64,000 nucleotides of DNA from Nitrospirota bacterium (GTDB taxonomy: Bacteria; Nitrospirota; UBA9217). The stretch lies in contig OY760142.1 in the NCBI GenBank assembly GCA_963663225.1, positions 576,001 through 640,000 of the forward strand, written 5' to 3'. A program made the translations under genes and the position numbers. This document shows, in pieces, positions 57,816 to 64,000 of this stretch; positions within the stretch are counted from its first letter, which is position 1; each line of letters opens with the position of its first letter. The notes beneath the pieces were generated by a model. The model did not search any database. It was not told where the DNA came from and saw only the letters and a list, made by a program, of their open reading frames with translations.

Positions 57816-58847
57816 CTAATAGTCATTAACTGCATCAATAAAAGCCCGCAACCGTCCGAAATCCTTGCGGTTAAAATCAATCAAGAGCCGGGGTAATTGA
57901 AGCGTTTCCGGATCGTCGCGCTCTGCTTCCAGCGGTCCTGAAGGAATAATGCGTCCCCCTCCAAGCAAGATATCATGAAACTCTTCCACAAGACGGTGCA
58001 GGGCGTCGTCACTGAGTTGAGAGGCAAGCCGCATCACAAGCTGTCCCTCCACATACCGTATGCTGTGGTAGCGACGGTAAAAACGCTTGATTTTTTCAAG
58101 GGCGGCGTCAACGGAACAGACCCGTTCGAAAAACGAGAAGTCCGAGGAACTGATATAGCCGCGCTCTCTGAGTTCCTCATCGAGAAATTTGATCAGGCGG
58201 GTCCAATACGGGCAGGCAGGATCGTCCACCAGCACAAGCGGAAGCGGGTTGCGTTTGCCAGTCTGCACCAGCGTGAGGGTCTCCATCGCTTCATCAAGCG
58301 TGCCGAAACCGCCCGGGAAAAGCGCCACCGCATCGGACTCCTTGAGAAAAGCGACTTTGCGGTTGAAAAAATATTTATAGGTAATAAGTCTTGGGTTCCC
58401 TTCCACCACAGGGTTTGGCTTTTGTTCGAACGGAAGCCGTATATTCACTCCAAAGGAATGATCGGGGCCGGCGCCCTCATTTGCTGCCTGCATAATGCCC
58501 GGCCCGCCCCCGGTGATGACCATATAATCCGCCTGGGCGAGCTTTCTGCCGAACTCTTTTGCCATTTCATATGCCGGTTCTCCCGGCTGCGTGCGCGCGG
58601 AACCGAAGACCGTGACTTTTCGTATATTCCGGTAGGGACCGAAAATTTTTGAAGTGAAGCGCATTTCCTTGAGCGTTGTATTCATCAGCTTCAGGTCTGC
58701 GCTTGCGTCATCCTCCTGGCCTGCCTTGAGCGCAGCAATAATCATTTCGCGGACATACTCCGGCCTCTGTATCCCTTGAGCGGTCTCCATCAGACGTTCG
58801 ATGCGTTCGTCTATTTCTCCGTTGTTTTTTGTAAAACGAATCTTCAT
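57816..58847 (-). CDS. LOG family protein (TIGR00730-type nucleotide phosphoribohydrolase)
   Basis: VTVFGSAR, ITGGGPGIM, YFFNRK and PGGFGTLDE motifs. Confidence 0.9.
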   Translation of the reverse strand: MKIRFTKNNGEIDERIERLMETAQGIQRPEYVREMIIAALKAGQEDDASADLKLMNTTLKEMRFTSKIFGPYRNIRKVTVFGSARTQPGEPAYEMAKEFGRKLAQADYMVITGGGPGIMQAANEGAGPDHSFGVNIRLPFEQKPNPVVEGNPRLITYKYFFNRKVAFLKESDAVALFPGGFGTLDEAMETLTLVQTGKRNPLPLVLVDDPACPYWTRLIKFLDEELRERGYISSSDFSFFERVCSVDAALEKIKRFYRRYHSIRYVEGQLVMRLASQLSDDALHRLVEEFHDILLGGGRIIPSGPLEAERDDPETLQLPRLLIDFNRKDFGRLRAFIDAVNDY

Positions 58848-59115
58848 GGCTTTTCGGTTTCCCCATTATCCTGGTGCGGCATCAGAATAATATGAAATAG
58901 TAAGCTATTTCAAGCTGTTTGTCGAGAGCGAATAAACACGGCTTGTTGAAACACAAAAAAATTAGCGCTTTTATGCTCAAAATGGTGTATAATAAAAAAG
59001 TGGCGTTAGCAGACACAACCGTTTTTCAGCAGTGTAAAATAGATCCCCTTCTTGAAGCCCCAGCGAGTGTATATTTTCTACTCCTGTCAATTTCAGCCAT
59101 CAGCGAGGTGACATC

Positions 59116-59535
59116 ATGGAACAAAATTCAGCCGGGAAAAATATTGAATCGTATTGCACAAAATGCAAGTTAAATCTCGACCATATTATTATAGCAATGG
59201 ACGGCGAAACAATCGCCAGAGTGAAGTGTAAGACGTGCGGGAGCAACCATAAATTCAGAAGACCGGCTGATCCTCAGAAGGCCAGAAAACCGCGGATCAA
59301 AAAAGGCGCGGACGCCGCAGCAACAGCAGCAATACTCTGGGAAACCAGCATTGCGGAAGCTACCGGCAGAGAGTATGAATATACCATGACCGCCAAATAC
59401 CGCGTCGGCGACATTGTCAACCACCAGATATTCGGCAAAGGCGTGGTGCTGAAGCTGTACGCAAACAAGTGCGAAATGCTGTTTAAGGACAAAGAACGCC
59501 TGATGGCATCCGCCAATGAATACAGACGGGCATAA
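59116..59535 (+). CDS. Hypothetical zinc-ribbon protein with a C-terminal SH3/Tudor-like segment
   Basis: CTKC...H...CKTCGSNH; YRVGDIVNHQIFGKGVV; GAGG RBS. Confidence 0.8.
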   Translation: MEQNSAGKNIESYCTKCKLNLDHIIIAMDGETIARVKCKTCGSNHKFRRPADPQKARKPRIKKGADAAATAAILWETSIAEATGREYEYTMTAKYRVGDIVNHQIFGKGVVLKLYANKCEMLFKDKERLMASANEYRRA

Positions 59536-59686
59536 TTTCCAGCAGATACTCTCCTGCCGACTCAAGACATCCTCCCCGGCATACATTCATTTTCCGTATC
59601 ATTGCGAAAATAAGAAATCTTTCGCTGTCCTTGTCAGTGCAGGCGAATATCCTTGTCATGCATCGTTCCATCCGGCATAATGTCGC

Positions 59687-61201
59687 ATGCTGCTTATCCA
59701 CCCGCCCATCGCGAAGCCTTCAGAACCTCCCGCCGGCATTGCAAAGCTTTCCGGCGCACTGCGTGCACATACTGTCCCTCATCAGATTCTTGACGCAAAC
59801 ATCGAAGGCATGCTTCATCTTGCGGCGCATGCGGAGACCGGAAACGATACCTGGACCCGCCGGGCGAGAAAGAATCTGGACAATAATGTTTCCGCGCTCC
59901 GCAGTCCGCGACTATACGACTCGTTTGACAGCTACTGTCGTGCGGTACGGGACTTAAACCGGGTTCTTTCTGTTTCAGCCCGAAGTCTGAACACGGTCCC
60001 GGGGCTTGCAGACTACAGCCATCAACATCTTTCCCCGGTAAGGAGCGCAGACCTTATAGCCGCAGCCGAATGTCCGGAGCAAAATCCTTTTTATCCCTAT
60101 TTCAAAAGACGACTGGCTGAAATCATAACCGAGAAAAAGACCGGCATGCCTGTTGTCGGATTTTCGCTCAATTATCAGAGCCAGGCATTGTGCACTTTCA
60201 GCATGATCGGCCATATCAGGAAAGAGTTTCCTGAATTGCGGATTGTACTCGGAGGCGGGTTGGTAAGCTCATGGGTAAAACAGCCCACTTGGAAAAATCC
60301 CTTTGCAGGTCTTGTGGACCATCTGATCGCAGGCCCCGGAGAACGGCCGATGCTCGGCCTGGCCGGGATAACCAATGGCACGCATGAGCACTACCTTCCG
60401 AATTACCAGTCAATGCCTCTCCATGATTACCTGTCGCCCGGCCTTGTGCTTCCGTACAGCGGTTCGAACGGCTGCTACTGGCATCAATGCTCTTTTTGTC
60501 CTGAGACAGCAGAAAACAACCCCTATACTCCCATTCCGGTCCGGCAAACGCGAACAGACCTTTCATGCCTTATCGGAGAAACAAAGCCTGTGCTTGTCCA
60601 TCTTCTCGACAACGCGATCAATCCGGCGCTTATGCGGTCACTTGCGGACGATCCTGCCGGCGCGCCATGGTACGGGTTTGCACGGATCAACAGCGAGCTT
60701 GCAGATCCGGATTACTGCCTGCAGCTGAAACAATCCGGCTGCGTGATGCTGAAGCTCGGATTGGAATCCGGGGACCAGGGAGTGCTGGACGCACTGGGAA
60801 AGGGAATTGATCTTTCCGCCGCGTCGCGGGTTTTGCGAAATCTTCGGAAAGCCGGGATCGCCTCGTACGTGTATCTTCTTTTCGGCACTCCGCCTGAAAC
60901 AATGCAGGAAGCGCGCCGAACGCTTGATTTTATCGCAGCGCATCATGATGCCATCAGTTTTCTGAATTTGGCGATTTTCAATATGCCGCTTTGCAGACAG
61001 GGGGCCGGAGAGTTTCAAGCAAAGCAATTTTATGAAGGGGACTTGTCGCTCTATACTGATTTCAAGCATCCACGCGGATGGGACAGAATGCTGGTACGGC
61101 ATTTTCTGGATGACGAATTCAGGCGCCATCCCGCGGTAAAACCTATCCTGAAGAACAACCCGCCTTTTTTTACTTCCAATCATGCCGCGTTTTTTGCCTG
61201 A
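59687..61201 (+). CDS. B12-binding-domain-type radical SAM protein
   Basis: CYWHQCSFC (CxxxCxxC), LGGG, GPGE, LGLESG, YLLFGTP. Confidence 0.88.
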   Translation: MLLIHPPIAKPSEPPAGIAKLSGALRAHTVPHQILDANIEGMLHLAAHAETGNDTWTRRARKNLDNNVSALRSPRLYDSFDSYCRAVRDLNRVLSVSARSLNTVPGLADYSHQHLSPVRSADLIAAAECPEQNPFYPYFKRRLAEIITEKKTGMPVVGFSLNYQSQALCTFSMIGHIRKEFPELRIVLGGGLVSSWVKQPTWKNPFAGLVDHLIAGPGERPMLGLAGITNGTHEHYLPNYQSMPLHDYLSPGLVLPYSGSNGCYWHQCSFCPETAENNPYTPIPVRQTRTDLSCLIGETKPVLVHLLDNAINPALMRSLADDPAGAPWYGFARINSELADPDYCLQLKQSGCVMLKLGLESGDQGVLDALGKGIDLSAASRVLRNLRKAGIASYVYLLFGTPPETMQEARRTLDFIAAHHDAISFLNLAIFNMPLCRQGAGEFQAKQFYEGDLSLYTDFKHPRGWDRMLVRHFLDDEFRRHPAVKPILKNNPPFFTSNHAAFFA

Positions 61202-61299
61202 CGGCGTTTTTAAAAACTGCTTCCAGGGCGTTACAAATCAGGTCCTTGCAAATAAACAGCAGCACCGTCATAAAAACTCCGAACGTTCATGCCTGTTTG

Positions 61300-62820
61300 T
61301 TAATGCTGAGGAGGCGAGCTTCCGGGCGATTCGGCCCGCTGCATCAGAAACACCAGCGGGAAAATGCTCAGAATCAGCAGGCAGATGATCAGAAACGCGT
61401 CGTTAAAAGCAAGCGCCGTGGATTGCCGTATCAGCTCCTGGTAGATCACTCCATCGGCCCCTCCGGTCGGCTGCCCTTTGCCAGCGAGAAACTCTGAAAT
61501 TCTGGCGTGATAAAAAGGATATGTAAAATCAAAGGGAGACAGATGCTCCACAAGCCTGGATTGATGAAACTGTGCGTGACGCGATACGATGGTCGCCGAC
61601 ACGGCGATTCCCACGCTCCCTCCCAGGTTGCGGATCAGGTTATAAAAAGAAGTCGCCTCAGTCATATTCTCGCGGTGGATATGGGAAAGCGTCATGGTTG
61701 TCAACGGGATAAAAGTCATTCCCATGCCGAGTCCGAGGGCAACGCGGGGCCACACGAACGTCCAGAAATCCGCGGTAAGATTGAACCGGGACATCATAAA
61801 GGTGCTGAGGGCGCATATACTTATGCCTGCGATGAGAATGCGCTTGGGATCGACTTTGCTGACCAGTTTTCCCACGACAGGCATGGCGAGCAAGGTGGCT
61901 ATTCCGCCGGGTCCGAGCACCAGTCCCGCGTACAGTGAAGTGTATCCCATAAGTATCTGCAGAAAGATGGGCAGCAGGACAATGCTTCCGAACAGGTTCA
62001 AAAAGACAAAGAACATTACAACGCAGCCGCTCGTAAAGGTCCGGTCTTTCAGCAGCTTCAGATTGATAATGGGGCGATCTGAATAATACTCATTGATCAT
62101 CAGCAGAACAAGCGAGACCACGGAGATGACCGCAAACGTGGTGATCAGATCAGACGCAAACCAGTCTTCCCGCTCTCCCTTGTCCAGAACGAACTGGAGC
62201 GACCCGAGCCCTACGGCAAGAAACGCCAGGCCCCAGTAGTCTATCTTCATTTTCTGCCGTTTCATGTACGGAGGGTCATGAATGACGTACATATTCAGGA
62301 CTATGGAAAGAATCCCGATGGGAATGTTAATATAGAATATCCAGCGCCAGGACCAGGTGTCCGTTATCCATCCGCCGAGCAAAGGGCCGATGATGGGCCC
62401 CAGCATGGCGCCCATGCCGAAAATAGCCATGGCCGTGCCGTGCTTTTCACGGGGAAAGCTCTCGAGCAGAATGGATTGTGAGAGCGGCACCAGTCCTCCC
62501 CCGCCGATGCCCTGGATAACTCTGAAAAAGACCAGGCTCTGGAGGCTCCAGGCAGAACCGCACATGAACGAACTGAAAGTAAAAAGCGCTATGGAGCCGA
62601 GAAGGTAATTTTTTCTGCCGATGAGCCGCGAGAGCCAGGCGGCCATGGGAATCACGATGGCATTCGACACCAGATAGGCGGTAATGCACCAGGTTGACTC
62701 GTCGAATCCCGCGGAAAGCGACCCTCTGATGTGTTCGAGCGACACGTTCACTACCGACGTGTCGATGATCTCGATCAGCGTGGGAAGCATCACCGTTAAT
62801 GCGACAAGCCACCGGTTCAT
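61300..62820 (-). CDS. emrB: DHA2 family MFS efflux permease (EmrB/QacA)
   Basis: IDTSVVNVSL, FRVIQGIGGG, GPLLGGWITD..SWRWIFYINIPIG, RNLGGSVG. Confidence 0.93.
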   Translation of the reverse strand: MNRWLVALTVMLPTLIEIIDTSVVNVSLEHIRGSLSAGFDESTWCITAYLVSNAIVIPMAAWLSRLIGRKNYLLGSIALFTFSSFMCGSAWSLQSLVFFRVIQGIGGGGLVPLSQSILLESFPREKHGTAMAIFGMGAMLGPIIGPLLGGWITDTWSWRWIFYINIPIGILSIVLNMYVIHDPPYMKRQKMKIDYWGLAFLAVGLGSLQFVLDKGEREDWFASDLITTFAVISVVSLVLLMINEYYSDRPIINLKLLKDRTFTSGCVVMFFVFLNLFGSIVLLPIFLQILMGYTSLYAGLVLGPGGIATLLAMPVVGKLVSKVDPKRILIAGISICALSTFMMSRFNLTADFWTFVWPRVALGLGMGMTFIPLTTMTLSHIHRENMTEATSFYNLIRNLGGSVGIAVSATIVSRHAQFHQSRLVEHLSPFDFTYPFYHARISEFLAGKGQPTGGADGVIYQELIRQSTALAFNDAFLIICLLILSIFPLVFLMQRAESPGSSPPQH

Positions 62821-63821
62821 TTCACGAGCACCGTCGGCTCCACGGACATGCCGATGCGCAGGATATGGTTTTTGTCCGCCCCTTCGTCAAGGACGATCTT
62901 GACCGGTATGCGCTGCACGACCTTGACATAGTTGCCGGTGGCGTTTTCAGCCGGGAAAAGGGAAAAGGTCACGCCCGTTCCCGCCATGATGCTGTCAACC
63001 TTTCCGTTGAACGTCCTGCCGGGGTAGGAATCCACGCTCAACTCCACGGCCTGCCCCGGACGGATGTTTTCCATCTGGGTTTCCTTGAAGTTGGCGGTCA
63101 CCCAGATTTCGCCCAGCCCCACGACGGCCATCAAGGGCTGGCCCGCCTGTATCTGATTGCCGATCTGGACCGATTTTTTCGTCACATATCCGTCAATCGG
63201 GGCGACAATCTTTGTGTATTGATAGTTGAGTTCGGCCATGGCTGCCGTTGCCTCTTTCTGCTGAATGGTGGACGTCTGCGTCCGTTTCTGGGATTCCGCT
63301 GTTCGAAGCTGTTCCGCAGCGGCCTTCACCTGCGCCTGGGCCACCTCGTATGCCGTTATTGCCCGGTCATACTGTTCGCGTGAGAAAACCTCCTTCTGAT
63401 ACAGGTTTTCCGCACGGACCTTCTCGATCTCCGCAAGCTTGAAATTTGCTTGCTGCAAATCGAAGTTTGCTTTTGCCGCTGCGATCCGCGTTTCCGCTTC
63501 GGACAATTTCGCCCGTTCCGCGCCCACGGCAGAGGACGCTTCCCGCAGCCGGACCGTATAGTCAACGGGATCGATCTCGACCAGCAGGTCGCCTTTTTTT
63601 ACCGGCTGATTGTCCGCAACGGCAATCGCCTTCACGGTCCCGTTGATCTTCGCTGCAATGGTGTGTATATTGCCGTCGATAAAAGCATCGTCCGTCGTAA
63701 TGTGCGTCTTGCGGTACGACGTGTAAAAATACGTCCCTATCAGTCCTAGTATGACGATGAGGCCGACGATTATGAAGGCCTTCTTTTTCTTCCGCGCGTT
63801 GCCGCTCTGTTCTTCAACCAT
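62817..63821 (-). CDS. emrA: HlyD-family membrane fusion protein (EmrA)
   Basis: TDDAFI, ANFKETQ, FSLFPAENATGNYVKVVQRIPV. Confidence 0.93.
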   Translation of the reverse strand: MVEEQSGNARKKKKAFIIVGLIVILGLIGTYFYTSYRKTHITTDDAFIDGNIHTIAAKINGTVKAIAVADNQPVKKGDLLVEIDPVDYTVRLREASSAVGAERAKLSEAETRIAAAKANFDLQQANFKLAEIEKVRAENLYQKEVFSREQYDRAITAYEVAQAQVKAAAEQLRTAESQKRTQTSTIQQKEATAAMAELNYQYTKIVAPIDGYVTKKSVQIGNQIQAGQPLMAVVGLGEIWVTANFKETQMENIRPGQAVELSVDSYPGRTFNGKVDSIMAGTGVTFSLFPAENATGNYVKVVQRIPVKIVLDEGADKNHILRIGMSVEPTVLVK

Positions 63822-63845
63822 ATGCTCTCCCGCTCCCCTCCCGGG

Positions 63846-64000
63846 TTATTTTCCACTCCCCTGAACCCCATACACGCCCTGAAGATCTTTCCCCATGGAG
63901 TACAACAGCCCCGCCTCTGCCCGCTCCGCGTCATACCGCGCCCGCCACCAGTTCGTCTGGGCCGTGGACATGAGCGTGACCGCATCCAATACTTCAATGG
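63846..64000 (-). CDS. TolC-family outer-membrane efflux protein, C-terminal end (partial)
   Basis: Manual translation IEVLDAVTLMSTAQTNWWRARYDAERAEAGLLYSMG... resembles a TolC C-terminal helix; directly upstream of emrA. Not in the ORF track. Confidence 0.75.
   Translation of the reverse strand, partial: IEVLDAVTLMSTAQTNWWRARYDAERAEAGLLYSMGKDLQGVYGVQGSGK

Noticed and set aside
63770-63997. 75-aa minus-strand ORF from the track
   Set aside because: Wrong frame; a different frame encodes a TolC-like C-terminus.

Overview
This is a chromosomal window from a Gram-negative bacterium. The gene set (futalosine menaquinone genes, MglA-like GTPase, gspC-N type II secretion cluster, FchA+FolD) suggests an anaerobic Nitrospirota or Desulfobacterota-like organism, which is an inference. 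Most of it is core housekeeping: tRNA-Ala(CGC), trpS, ispB, ispDF, uvrC, T2SS, namZ with a MurU-AmgK fusion, a tRNA nucleotidyltransferase, aroCKB, mqnBD, lemA/htpX, moaD-moaE, ccdA, fchA-folD, a porin, fadL and a TolC-EmrAB pump. There are two accessory-looking blocks. The first (1-3700) lies next to the tRNA 3' end and holds an ADH, an aldo/keto reductase, a YqhC-like AraC regulator and a methyltransferase. The second (about 28900-38100) holds a lipoprotein alpha/beta-hydrolase, an XRE regulator, a 1080-aa STAND/SARP regulator, small stress genes and a structured non-coding element. I saw no CRISPR array, rRNA, integrase, intact transposase or phage genes. The best leads are: a STAND-SARP regulatory module with 11-bp periodic repeats next to the T2SS; a 140-165 nt structured element with terminal inverted repeats; a FolD lacking its cyclohydrolase residues paired with FchA; a NamZ plus fused MurU-AmgK MurNAc salvage unit; a secretin with one fewer N-domain and a TAPTGT-repeat tail; several apparently leaderless genes; and a candidate sRNA or attenuator upstream of the porin. 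All calls come from motif recognition by eye; no database searches were run.
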